Source of the DNA: Macrostomum hystrix
Lineage: Eukaryota > Animalia > Platyhelminthes
NCBI GenBank assembly: GCA_950097015.1
Contig: CATNEN010000024.1
Location: 4,836,001 to 4,900,000, forward strand
Length of the DNA: 64,000 nucleotides
Direction of reading: 5' to 3'
Below the pieces are notes generated by a model. That model did not search any database. It was not told the origin of the DNA and saw only the letters and a list, made by a program, of their open reading frames with translations. Position numbers and translations under genes: made by a program. Positions 1 to 50,900 of this stretch are shown in pieces. Each line of letters starts with the position of its first letter. The first letter of the stretch is position 1.

Positions 1-1503
1 GTGATTGCCTGTGAGTGAAGATTGATATAAAGAGTGAATGCCTGTGAGTGAAGATTGATATAAAGAGTGATTGCCTGTGAGTGAAGATTGATATAAAGAG
101 TGATTGCCTGTGAGTGAAGATTGATATAAAGAGTGATTGCCTGTGAGTGAAGATTGATATAAAGAGTGAATGCCTGTGAGTGAAGATTGATATAAAGAGT
201 GATTGCCTGTGAGTGAAGATTGATATAAAGAGTGAATGCCTGTGAGTAAAGATTGATATAAAGAGTGAATGCCTGTGAGTGAAGATTGATATAAAGAGTG
301 ATTGCCTGTGAGTGAAGATTGATATAAAGAGTGATTGCCTGTGAGTGAAGATTGATATAAAGAGTGATTGCCTGTGAGTGAAGATTGATATAAAGAGTGA
401 ATGCCTGTGAGTGAAGATTGATATAAAGAGTGAATGCCTGTGAGTGAAGATTGATATAAAGAGTGAATGCCTGTGAGTGAAGATTGATATAAAGAGTGAA
501 TGCCTGTGAGTGAAGATTGATATAAAGAGTGAATGCCTGTGAGTGAAGATTGATATAAAGAGTGAATGCCTGTGAGTGAAGATTGATATAAAGAGTGATT
601 GCCTGTGAGTGAAGATTGATATAAAGAGTGATTGCCTGTGAGTGAAGATTGATATAAAGAGTGATTGCCTGTGAGTGAAGATTGATATAAAGAGTGAATG
701 CCTGTGAGTGAAGATTGATATAAAGAGTGATTGCCTGTGAGTGAAGATTGATATAAAGAGTGAATGCCTGTGAGTGAAGATTGATATAAAGAGTGATTGC
801 CTGTGAGTGAAGATTGATATAAAGAGTGAATGCCTGTGAGTGAAGATTGATATAAAGAGTGATTGCCTGTGAGTGAAGATTGATATAAAGAGTGAATGCC
901 TGTGAGTAAAGATTGATATAAAGAGTGATTGCCTGTGAGTGAAGATTGATATAAAGAGTGATTGCCTGTGAGTGAAGATTGATATAAAGAGTGAATGCCT
1001 GTGAGTGAAGATTGATATAAAGAGTGAATGCCTGTGAGTGAAGATTGATATAAAGAGTGAATGCCTGTGAGTAAAGATTGATATAAAGAGTGAATGCCTG
1101 TGAGTGAAGATTGATATAAAGAGTGATTGCCTGTGAGTGAAGATTGATATAAAGAGTGATTGCCTGTGAGTGAAGATTGATATAAAGAGTGATTGCCTGT
1201 GAGTGAAGATTGATATAAAGAGTGAATGCCTGTGAGTGAAGATTGATATAAAGAGTGATTGCCTGTGAGTGAAGATTGATATAAAGAGTGATTGCCTGTG
1301 AGTGAAGATTGATATAAAGAGTGATTGCCTGTGAGTGAAGATTGATATAAAGAGTGAATGCCTGTGAGTGAAGATTGATATAAAGAGTGATTGCCTGTGA
1401 GTGAAGATTGATATAAAGAGTGAATGCCTGTGAGTGAAGATTGATATAAAGAGTGAATGCCTGTGAGTGAAGATTGATATAAAGAGTGATTGCCTGTGAG
1501 TGA
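1..1503. repeat. 33-bp minisatellite, about 45 copies (continues beyond window start)
   Basis: Unit GTGAWTGCCTGTGAGTGAAGATTGATATAAAGA. Confidence 0.97.
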
Positions 1504-1669
1504 CTGCTCTAGAGTGCTCACCTGTGTCTTAATTTTAATTGATTACCTGGCGATGAGAGTAAAAAGTGCTCACCTGTGAGTGACCTGAATCGACTGAATC
1601 ATCCTGTCGTCAAATCATCATCAATTATTAATCAGAATGCTCAACCGCCTCTTCTTCTCAATTCTCCAG

Positions 1670-38978
<37,309 letters not shown>

Positions 38979-41900
38979 ATGTCACACATCGTCATATTCT
39001 ACAACTACTACTTACTGAGCAGACAGACTACTTACATAGCGGTGGCGGGCTGACTTACGCCGCTAATACACGCCTACATTCCTATTGACTAAAACTATTC
39101 GTGTTACCTTTTGTGTTGTTTTTTGTTGCTGTTGTCGTGAGAAATTCTTTTCTATTCATTTTTGTTTCTATTGTTATACTAATCACTTTTTTGTTGGGCT
39201 TTTGTTGTTTCGAAATGAAGATTTTTTGAAGCAGAATAATCTTGAATTGTTTTGTTTTTTTGCGTCTTTTTATTCGGCTAAAATCGGATATGCTATGTAG
39301 TCTTACAGGATTTGTCACTTCAGCATCCAATGAATCGAAAACTCTACGTGAATGTGAAGTGACCAATCTATTTGAGTATAATGTTGAGTTGCCTTTCCTA
39401 TTTACTAAGTTTTGTATCTGTCTCCGTTTTTCTGGTTTCATTTTCTTGGTTAATAATTGATGTCGCCTTCTGGATAGGATGGCGCACTAAACTAACACAA
39501 ACGCCTGCTTTAGATTTACAATGAGGCCTTCTTGTGCACCTCTGTGTTACTCTGTTAATCACCTTAATTAATCTAACATTAAAAAAGAAGTAAGTTTTGC
39601 AGCAACAATTCTAAGGTTTGACTAACTGACTAATTTCTAATTGAATATGTTTTATTACAATAGTCATGTGTTTCTGTGGAAGGCTAATTTCATTCATAAG
39701 CATCCGTGTGCCTCATTGATTTACTTTCCTATCAATCCTATTTAATAAACAAATTTCCTAATCTTAACAGACACAACACTCTGACTCCTGTAGGAGCAGT
39801 AATGAAGACTTAATATTGATTGTTATCCCCAAAATGAAATGCAGGTATGAATGAAATGTATGAATTTATTCAACCTGACCTAGACATCCAGGATTTGACC
39901 TGCGTATCAATTTTCTCACACCTTCCTCTACCGTGTTAGTGTAAATGAAAGTGCTGCGTTTAGTTTATTTGTTAGATCTTTTGTAGCGTATAATTTCTAA
40001 GCTTTCCAAAATACAGTAGAATGTTTCCAGTGCGTTATAAATGTATTGATTTCTTTCCTTCATCATCTCTCCCCGTATTTTGTGCATCTCAGTTTTCACA
40101 TACTCTCTTTAGCTTAAAATTTACTAACTGTTTCTTGACCCAGTGACCAGTCAGCTGTTCATGTTATTTCTTTAATAATCTTCACAGATGTAATGGCTGA
40201 AGAGCACTATGTTTACTTTTTGTTTGTGGTAATGTATCTGAAAGGCAAAAACTACTTTGATCGGAAATATCTTATCGCTCATTTCTAAATCATATCTAAA
40301 GTGGATTTTTGTTATTTTTAGTGGTAAAAGTCAGCAATTTTTTCTTTTGTCTCTTAATTATAATACTGACTATAATTCAATAGCGATTCTGTGTTGTCTG
40401 CGCATACATAATGATGGGTGTCAGGCTAGAAAAGTAACTGTTTTCGGAAAACGCACCATTTTTTACTGTCCAGCTTGCCCAAAGAAAGAAAAGTGGCTTG
40501 TTGTATGCGGGTTTTATGTTCGAAAAAAATGCTTATTATACAGGATTTTCAAATATTATTAGGTCATAAACCCTGGAGGCGAGCCGCTTGACTGGTGCGA
40601 CCTGTGCCATTAATTTTTTCTGTCCTTTCCTTTGCAAAACTTTTTATATGTTATAACGCCCACTCTCAAGCTACACGACGACCCTTTGTTTAATCCCACC
40701 TTGAATCCAATTTGTAATGGACAGACGAATCAATAATAAAACCGGCGATAATAAAACGTCGTACTGTTCTATGGTTCGACTAACGCACTTAATCACAAGA
40801 CGCCGACACTTAATGTTAATATTTCCTAGACGTCAGTTTTTTTATTATAGTAAAGCTGCATTCTCCATGAAAGTTCATGACAAATTGGTATGGCACATGG
40901 CGCTAAAAATTGGTGCACTTTCCACAGCTTACAAATGCAAAAAATGTATTTATTGAAAAGGTATTTTACGTAGTGGTAACGAAGCGAAACTTAAATGTGG
41001 CGCAAATTCAAGATCGTATCAGCATTGAAACTGGGGCCGAGCAACTGAAGACTTACTTGCTATTAACAAGCATGCAGAATAGGCCCATTCCAAATAAAGC
41101 TGAGGCTGATTTTCTTTCACGAGGTCTACGAAGTCGCAACTGTGCAAATAGTAAGGAATAAATAAATATGGAATGCTCTCACATCCTATTTTTACTCCAC
41201 CCGACACCCGCCCTACCGAGGTCGTTCAAGCTTTAAACTTATCGTCTTTAGAATGGCTAAGTGTACTATGGCTATGGCTAGTGTTGATTGTTATTACTAT
41301 TTTAATTACTGTTACTAAGTTATTACTTTTGATATTAGCTGTATTTATTTGGCTTAATGGTATTAATTGCGATGATAAGTATTTGTTTTGTTAGCATTAA
41401 CAAGCTAAAATGCCTATGTATTTTCAACAATGTGGTGCGAATTCCAATTCTAACAAATGTAGGTAGGCCTAGCTTAATTATTATAGCTTAACAATAAGGG
41501 CTTACTGTTCCTACTAGGCCATACATTGTTGCAATTATTTTGTTTCAAAGACTTAGATGTGTTGATTTTAATATTTAATATTTTCATAAAGACAAAACAT
41601 CATTGATAAATACTGCTTACACCCTATTTTAAGTCGTAATACACATTGAAATATTAAGTAGTCACACATTCACACATTCTAAGTTAGGCCTATGACATGT
41701 AGTAATTTTTATTAGGGCCTATGGGTTTCAGGTCTTTTTGTCTGCTGCCAGTTTGTCTTCTATTAACTTGTCTTTAAAAGAAACTTTAGGAACAAAATTG
41801 TCTGCCATAGGAACAATTGAAACTAAGCCATCTGCTACAGCTTTAATCATCACAAAATAAAGGAGCATATTGATAAAATGTATGTACAATGCACAAGTTC

Positions 41901-43031
41901 ATATTGAATCATTGATCAGGTGCTTTTATTTGTTACTTTAGTTTGCAGCACATCTGAACTAGATTTTACTAGCTTTAAAGGCTTCTTCTCACAGCCATGA
42001 AATCAAATTCTGTGTGCAAATTATTGATCCATTCATGAATTTCACTTGCTTACAAATAAGTCAACTCATCTGTTGGCAGACAAGATAGCAGCAGACAAAT
42101 AGACTAGAACCCTTTTTGTAGGATCTAGGCATAGTACATAAATAAAAAAATATTGCTATCAATAGACAATAGACAACATAAATTGTAAACTATCTGATGT
42201 ACTAAAACAGAATGCACTTTAGAATTAAACACATTTGTAGAATGTAAAAACCTGGCCATTGAGACAATATACAGAGTTTAGGGCCTAGCTTATTTGCAAA
42301 TTATACTATGCTGCGTGCTGCGTGCTTGTTGATCAGCAAGTAAGTCTTCAGTTGCTCGGCCTGCAGTTTCATTGGTAGGCCTAGCCTTTATAAACACAAC
42401 AATGGACTACAACTGACAGCAAAACTACATTATCTTACATATTTCCAGAATAACTTTTTTTGTAATATACCACAATAGGCCTCAAAGAACTAGATTATTT
42501 TTTCATGGACATATGGCCTAAAATATGCTTAGTTTAAAATGGAATTTCAATAGATTTAATCATTCTAACATATAATTGAGCCTTTTATGATTTAATTAAC
42601 CAGATTTATCTCATCAATTATTAATGATTTGAAAAGAAAAGACAAAAATGAATTACTCATGTTGACAACATAGCTATCAGTGTGTCAGCCAAATAAATTA
42701 TAACTGATGTTATGTCTCTAGCACATTTAATTTAGCAAAGTGTTGATCCCACTATACAGATTGTTTTGAAGAAAATAATTATATGCTTACTCTATTTTCC
42801 TCTGCAAATCCCTGTTAATATGCTCATATATAAGCGCATCTAGTGTAACCTCAATTAATTTTTACACATCTGCATCGGCCAATGTTACCTCACTCTCTTT
42901 GACCTATGCCTATATTCAATATGCTTAAAAATGTATCAATGCAGCCTCAATTGAGAGGAAACATGATTGAAGAAAAAAGGAGTAACACAAGTGGGTCTGG
43001 GGTCATAAGATACTACACTGGAGGCCATGAA

Positions 43032-43694
43032 TAGGGTAATGTATCATCAACCAAACAAGAATGTGTATTTTTTTAACTTCAAACCTAAGCTACAGATTTT
43101 CTATTTAAGATATGATGATAAATCAAAAGCCAAGTTATAGAAAACAGTTACATCTTTCTAAAAAGTATCTGCTATTGCTATTTTATCAAATAGAAAAAAA
43201 GTTATTCCTGCTTTTTATCTAAAACTGAACAATGATTTTCATGTATCTTCAAACCAAACAGAGAAGTTGATGTTTGGTTTTACAATTTGAGTGAGAGGTT
43301 TAATCTTATTTTAAGGAGTGAACTATCATGAATTATGTAATTTTAAAGCATTTTTCATGCTCTATAAATAACTACATTTACGGTCATTTAATTGGCAAGC
43401 AACCACATACAATCTTCGTCTAAAGTACATGCTGAAAAATGTTGTTGCTTGTTGTTGTTGAAAAAAGTGTATGCTTTTGCAATAAAAATTTCTACTGAAA
43501 CATCAATATCTTTCTTTCCTCTTAATGCTTCATTGCACATCATGCCTCAGCTTGTAGATAATTTCTTCAACTTTCAAATTAGTTGTTCTGTGAAACACAA
43601 TAGCTTGTTTCTGTCTTGCACGAGACCAAGGAAGAAGTCAAAATTCTTGTTCAGTTTTGAAGATACACTGTTCAGTTGATGATACATTACCCTA
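43032..43694. mobile_element. Possible non-autonomous TIR element
   Basis: Perfect 20-bp inverted repeat TAGGGTAATGTATCATCAAC at 43032-43051 and 43675-43694; the outer TA could be a TSD. Confidence 0.45.
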
Positions 43695-45424
43695 GCCTTC
43701 TTTGAATTGCAACAATATTTGCAACAAAAATATAAACTTTCTTATTTTACTTAATTTTAAATTATGTTTTTATTGGTTCTGAATGCAATACAAATTAAAC
43801 AATTGACTTTAATTGACTCACATCCCTACCTAGTTCATATATATTTAGCATTCATGACAATTTCTGTACACTTTATATATATATATGCATCTAAAATTTA
43901 TATTGTAGCAGAAAGAATCTGATTTCATGTGTAATTGTACAAAGTAGTCCATTAGTCCATTAAGTACATTAATATTATTTAATTTAGCTAGTGAAGTACC
44001 ATCATGAAGAGTAGACAGAAATTTTGTACAAATATAAATTGTACATGAATTCTATATATTTTTTCGGTCCAATGGGCAGTTATACCTCTGAACATTTGAA
44101 CTAAATATGGATGAGTTTTTTTCTGTTTTAATCTGTTGCTGTTCATTGTACTCCATTGCTGTGTTTACATTAAACAAAGCTTAGCTAACTATATTTCATT
44201 ATTTTTTACTTTAATATTTGCTTTAAAAATTTATCAAGTTCAAACTAATAGCCATATACAGTATATGGTGATTATTTTTAATGACTTGAAAGAATATACA
44301 TAAAAGTACATAGCTAAGTACTTTTTGGCATAAAACTAATGCCAGGTTTTTTCCTCATTAGGTAGATTTTCGCCAACACTATTTCATTATTTCAAAATTT
44401 GATAGGCTACAGCATCAGTTGAACAGTGAGCATACAAGTGAGCATATTCTCATTAATTGTAAGGTTCTTATTCCACTGTTCCATTTTCACCAACACAGGT
44501 GTCACTAGGTTTGCTCATGCATATAATCATAATTAATTTTTGCTCTAACTGAAATCATGTGTACTAAATGACAATTATGAATTTATGCATTATGCACATT
44601 TTATTTTCGCTAAGCATGTACTTTTTCTATATTTAACTCTCTCTTTTTGTCTTGTGCCCTAGCTTTAAACAATTGACAGACCTGCCCTATACAATTATTA
44701 AACTCACAACTTTCTGCTCATAAATGGCTTCATTCATTGCAGGCTGTTCAAATATGGGACATTTTATGGGACAGTCAATAAATAGCTTCGCGAGAGAACG
44801 GTTTTGAGAGCAATTTTTGCTGGTTTTGTTTAACCAGCTTTGCTGACGTAACACAGGTTAAATTAGTCCAATTCTGGCTCATTTGTGTATAGTGGGCGTG
44901 CTTTAGTCTCATTTTTTCACTTTTTCTGCTGTTGCATTCTGCTCTGAATTATTCATAAGAAGTGAGTATTATGTTGGATGGAATATTACTTTCTGCTATT
45001 CGTCAGTCTATTTCCAGTACAGTCGTCTTTGTGTATCCCTTCAAATCCGCAATTCTCTTCACTTATCCCTACTTAATTTATCTTTTTAGTCTTCTTTCCA
45101 AGCGCTGCGTGGGATACGTCGCGCCCAATCTATGCCTAGCGAAGATTATTCACATAATGTGGCTTAGAGTGGGAATTTTTAGTTATTTATTGATAATCCG
45201 AGTGCTGCCATAATTATCCTGCGCTGCGAATTGCATCGCCACAGCCGGCAGTTTCCAGCAGTTGTACAGTTCTGTTATATTGTATATATCTATTCTAGAT
45301 TGTACCTAAACCTTTAACTATTGTAGGCCAGATTTTCTCGACTATTTCACACCGTTTTTATCCTTCATTAAAAATATGGATAGCTCTCTTAAAAGGTTAG
45401 CTCGCCTTCAAAAGCAAAAAATCG

Positions 45425-45880
45425 CCAGACTGAGCATATTCTCACAGATCTCCAGACTGAGCATATTCTCACAGATCTCCAGACTGACTATATTCTCATA
45501 GATCTCCAGACTGAGCATATTCTCATAGATCTCCAGACTGAGCATATTCTTACAGATCTCCAGACTGAGTATATTCTCACAGATCTCCAGACTGAGCATA
45601 TTCTCACAGATCCCCAGACTGAGCATATTCTCATAGATCTCCAGACTGAGCATATTCTTACAGATCTCCAGACTGAGTATATTCTCAGATCCCCAGACTG
45701 TGTATATTCTCATAGATCTCCAGACTGAGCATATTCTTACAGATCTCCAGACTGTGTATATTCTCATAGATCTCCAGACTGAGCATATTCTCATAGATCT
45801 CCAGACTGAGCATATTCTTACAGATCTCCAGACTGAGCATATTCTCACAGATCCCCAGACTGCAGCATATTCTCACAGAT
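45425..45880. repeat. 27-bp minisatellite
   Basis: CCAGACTGAGCATATTCTCACAGATCT. Confidence 0.94.
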
Positions 45881-46313
45881 TCCCAGAACGCGACTATTAT
45901 TCCGAGGCTGGCTGTGGGCGCGCTGTTCTAAAGCTTTTGAATGCACATTTCCATAAGCTGGCGCTGATGTGTATCTAGGGCAGTTATGTTTTTTTGCTCT
46001 TTTACTTATTATTATATTAATTTCGAGGCTTTTCATATTGGATTATAGGTTATCTAAGTCTAGGTCGAAAAACAGCTTAATGGATTTTTCGCTACACCAA
46101 ACCATGCAGAGAGCCTTTTGCCGTGATTCCATTCGCTGCCTGTGTTAGGAAACATTATCGACTGGACTCTTTCGTGCGTTTCCACTTAGACCTTTCTAGT
46201 TTCTCTCTAGTTGTCCCCTTTCATTCATTGTTTTCCCATATTTCTTGCTCCATCCTTTCTCGCTCGATGGATGAAAGTTGCCAAAATAACTGCCTATCAT
46301 TTTAAGAAGAAAA

Positions 46314-47992
46314 ATGACTTTGCAGTCGTGCAACCAGCCGCATGAGTCTGATCAGCAGCCCGGCAGCCAACGGACCATGAGCAGCGGAGGTCCGGGCCAA
46401 CACGAGGTCGTCGGCGCTTCCGCTGGCGCCGGCGCAGCCTCTTCCGACGCGGAATTGAACGCTGGCTCCGGCGTAGGCAAGGTCGTCGGCCACGTCAGCG
46501 GCGGTGCCCGCGCTCTGTCGCTTGCCTACAAGCCTGACTTGACTGTGCACGCGTCGGCTGTTACCTCAACGCCTAGACGCCCGTGGGGTCATCGGCGAAT
46601 GCACAGCTGTCCTACAGTGCCGCACCAGTTTGGCGCCCTGAGCCTCGTCAGCCTGACTCCCACTGCCGTCTCGCGTTCGCCATCGCTAAAGCAGCACCAC
46701 CAGCGGCATCGCAGGCTTCCATCGGCTCATCTGCCAGCTACTGGCGGCCTTCACGCCGCTGGCGCATCGCCGCCCGGAGTCAGGCGCTCCTCGCTGCCAA
46801 ATCGCGACGAAGACGAGATCGAAGACGAGGAAGAAGACGACGGAGATGATCGGGAGGAGGCGTCGACTGGGCCGGCCAGTGGGGCGGGCGGCACCCAGTG
46901 CGGCTGGCTCTGCTACCAACCCGACTGCCTGCAGCCGCTGGCCAGACCTGTGCCATTCGCAGTCGCCGTCATCGGTTTGTACTTTGTCCAAAGCTTCATA
47001 GTCAGCGGCTATATTAATAGTATCAATACTACCATCGAACTGCGCTACGGATTATCCACAAGAGAGATCGGCTATATCTACGCCTCCTATGAGGTGGCCT
47101 GCATTGTGGCCACATTCTTCATCTCCTACTTTGGTCACGGCCGCAATCGGGCCCAGCTACTTGGCGCCGGCTGTCTAATCATCGCCCTAGGCTACCTGCT
47201 GTTCGCATTTCCTCACTTTCTAGGCAGCTCAATTTCTAATAATGTGCGCAATCTGACAGACACTGGACCTGATGGTCTTTGTTTAAACTCTCTGTCACCG
47301 CCGCTGCCCCTGCCGTCTGTGGAGCTGCGACCAGACTGTAAAGTGCAAAACTCCGCCCTGCTAATACTGTGTATCAGCTTCGCCCTTGTTGGCCTTGGCG
47401 CTAGCCCAGTGTACATTCTGGCGCCAACTTACCTGTGGGACAATGTTCCCCAGTACAGTTATCCCGTGTACGCCGCCTCTCTGCATATCACCAGCGCACT
47501 GGGGCCCGCCTGCGGATTCCTTGGCGGCGCTGTCTTCCTCTCGATGTACGTCAATTTTCCGCTTGAGCCGCCGGAGAATCTGCACTCCAGTCATCCGCTG
47601 TGGGCCGGCGCCTGGTGGATGGGATTCCTAGTGTTTGCCGGCTTAGCTGTACTAGTGGCTATTCCCCTGATGGCGTTTCCATCAGCTCTGCCGCAACGCT
47701 CCGTCCAGCGGCGGCGGGATCAGCCCGGCGATGTTGTTAAAGTGGAGATGCGCCGTCCGGATGATGGCGACTCGCCGGCCACAGCGATGACGGCTACGGC
47801 TACGCCGACAGATTTAGAAATGGAAGCTATTGAAGTGTCACAGCCTGGCAATGTCAGAGGTATTCGCAGCGTTGAGATTGTCATGCTTAATCCGGCCAGT
47901 AAGCAGGACAGGACTGCCTCTCTGTCAACTAACGCCTCCACTGGCTCCTCATCTTCCGCCGGCGGTAGAAGCGGCAACGGCGGCAACGGCGG
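46314..47992 (+). CDS. OATP exon 1
   Basis: ATG at 46314; disordered N-terminus then CGWLCYQPDCLQPLA and the N-terminal TM half; donor gtgagc at 47993 (phase 2). Confidence 0.9.
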
Positions 47993-50900
47993 GTGAGCTA
48001 AAGATTGCCAATTGACCGAATTTTTTAAATCCATAATCTACCTAAGTCTAATAAAGTGTACATTATGAAAAACATTTCAAATTTCCTACAATATTATGGC
48101 GTTTCAATCTCTGATCCCATTGGATTCCACCATATGATCCTATGGGGTTCTATCTGATCCTACGGGATTATACTATCTGATCCTATGGGATTCTACCATC
48201 TGATCCTATGGGATTCTACTATCTGATCCTACGGGATTATACTATCTGATCCTATGGGATTCTACCATCTGATCCTACGGGATTCTACTATCTGATCCTA
48301 CGGGATTATACTATCTGATCCTATGGGATTCTACCATCTGATCCTATGGGATTCTACTATCTGATCCTATGGGATTCTACCATCTGATCCTATGGGATTC
48401 TACTATCTGATCCTACATGATTCTACTATCTGATCCTATGGGATTCTACTAGCTGATCCTACATGATTCTACTATCTGATCCTATGGGATTCTACTAGCT
48501 GATCCTATGGGATTCTACTATCTGATCCTATGGGATTCTACCATCTGATCCTATGGGATTCTACTATCTGATCCTACATGATTCTACTATCTGATCCTAT
48601 GGGATTCTACTAGCTGATCCTACATGATTCTACTATCTGATCCTATGGGATTCCACCATCTGATCCTATGGGATTCTACTATCTGATCCTACGGGATTAT
48701 ACTATCTGATCCTATGGGATTCTACCATCTGATCCTATGGGATTCTACTATCTGATCCTATGGGATTCTACTATCTGATCCTATGGGATTCTACTATCTG
48801 ATCCTACGGGATTATACTATCTGATCCTACGGGATTATACTATCTGATCCTATGGGATTCTACCATCTGATCCTATGGGATTCTACTATCTGATCCTATG
48901 GGATTCTACCATCTGATCCTATGGGATTCTACTATCTGATCCTACATGATTCTACTATCTGATCCTATGGGATTCTACTAGCTGATCCTACATGATTCTA
49001 CTATCTGATCCTATGGGATTCCACCATCTGATCCTATGGGATTCCACCATATGATCCTATGGGGTTCTATCTGATCCTACATGATTCTACTAGCTGATCC
49101 TATGGGATTCTACTATCTGATCCTATGGGGTTCTATCTGATCCTACGGGATTATACTATCTGATCCTATGGGATTCTACCATCTGATCCTATGGGATTCT
49201 ACCATCTGATCCTATGGGATTCTACTATCTGATCCTACATGATTCTACTATCTGATCCTATGGGATTCTACTAGCTGATCCTACATGATTCTACTATCTG
49301 ATCCTATGGGATTCCACCATCTGATCCTATGGGATTCTACTATCTGATCCTACATGATTCTACTATCTGATCCTATGGGATTCTACTAGCTGATCCTACA
49401 TGATTCTACTATCTGATCCTATGGGATTCTACTATCTGATCCTATGGGATTCTACTATCTGATCCTATAGGATTCTACTATCTGATCCTATGGGATTCTA
49501 CTATCTGATCCTATGGGATTCTACCATCTGATCCTATGGGATTCTACTATCTGATCCTACATGATTCTACTATCTGATCCTATGGGATTCTACTATCTGA
49601 TCCTATGGGATTCTACCATCTGATCCTATGGGATTCTACTATCTGATCCTACAGGATTCTACTATCTGATCCTATGGGATTCTACTATCTGATCCTATGG
49701 GATTCTACTATCTGATCCTATGGGATTCTACTATCTGATCCTATGGGAATCTACTATCTGATCCTATGGGATTCTACTATCTGATCCTACAGGATTCTAC
49801 TATCTGATCCTATGGGATTCTACTATCTGATCCTATGGGATTCTATCTGATCCTATGGGATTCTACTATCTGATCCTATGGGATTCTACCATCTGATCCT
49901 ATGGGATTCTACTATCTGATCCTATAGGATTCTACTATCTGATCCTGTGGGATTCTACTAGCTGATCCTATGGGATTCTACTATCTGATCCTATGGGGTT
50001 CTATCTGATCCTACGGGATTATACTATCTGATCCTATGGGATTCTACCATCTGATCCTATGGGATTCTACCATCTGATCCTATGGGATTCTACTATCTGA
50101 TCCTACATGATTCTACTATCTGATCCTATGGGATTCTACTAGCTGATCCTACATGATTCTACTATCTGATCCTATGGGATTCCACCATCTGATCCTATGG
50201 GATTCTACTATCTGATCCTACATGATTCTACTATCTGATCCTATGGGATTCTACTAGCTGATCCTACATGATTCTACTATCTGATCCTATGGGATTCTAC
50301 TAGCTGATCCTATGGGATTCTACTATCTGATCCTATGGGATTCCACCATCTGATCCTATGGGATTCTACTATCTGATCCTACATGATTCTACTATCTGAT
50401 CCTATGGGATTCTACTAGCTGATCCTACATGATTCTACTATCTGATCCTATGGGATTCTACTATCTGATCCTGTGGGATTCTACTAGCTGATCCTATGGG
50501 ATTCTACTATCTGATCCTATGGGGTTCTATCTGATCCTACGGGATTATACTATCTGATCCTATGGGATTCTACCATCTGATCCTATGGGATTCTACCATC
50601 TGATCCTATGGGATTCTACTATCTGATCCTACATGATTCTACTATCTGATCCTATGGGATTCTACTAGCTGATCCTACATGATTCTACCATCTGATCCTA
50701 CATGATTCTACTATCTGATCCTATGGGATTCCACCATCTGATCCTATGGGATTCTACTATCTGATCCTACATGATTCTACTATCTGATCCTATGGGATTC
50801 TACTAGCTGATCCTACATGATTCTACTATCTGATCCTATGGGATTCTACTATCTGATCCTGTGGGATTCTACTAGCTGATCCTATGGGATTCTACTATCT

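Noticed and set aside
1-1503. CRISPR-like appearance of 23-37-bp repeats throughout the window
   Set aside because: Units are head-to-tail with no unique spacers, no cas genes are present, and the context is a eukaryotic intron.
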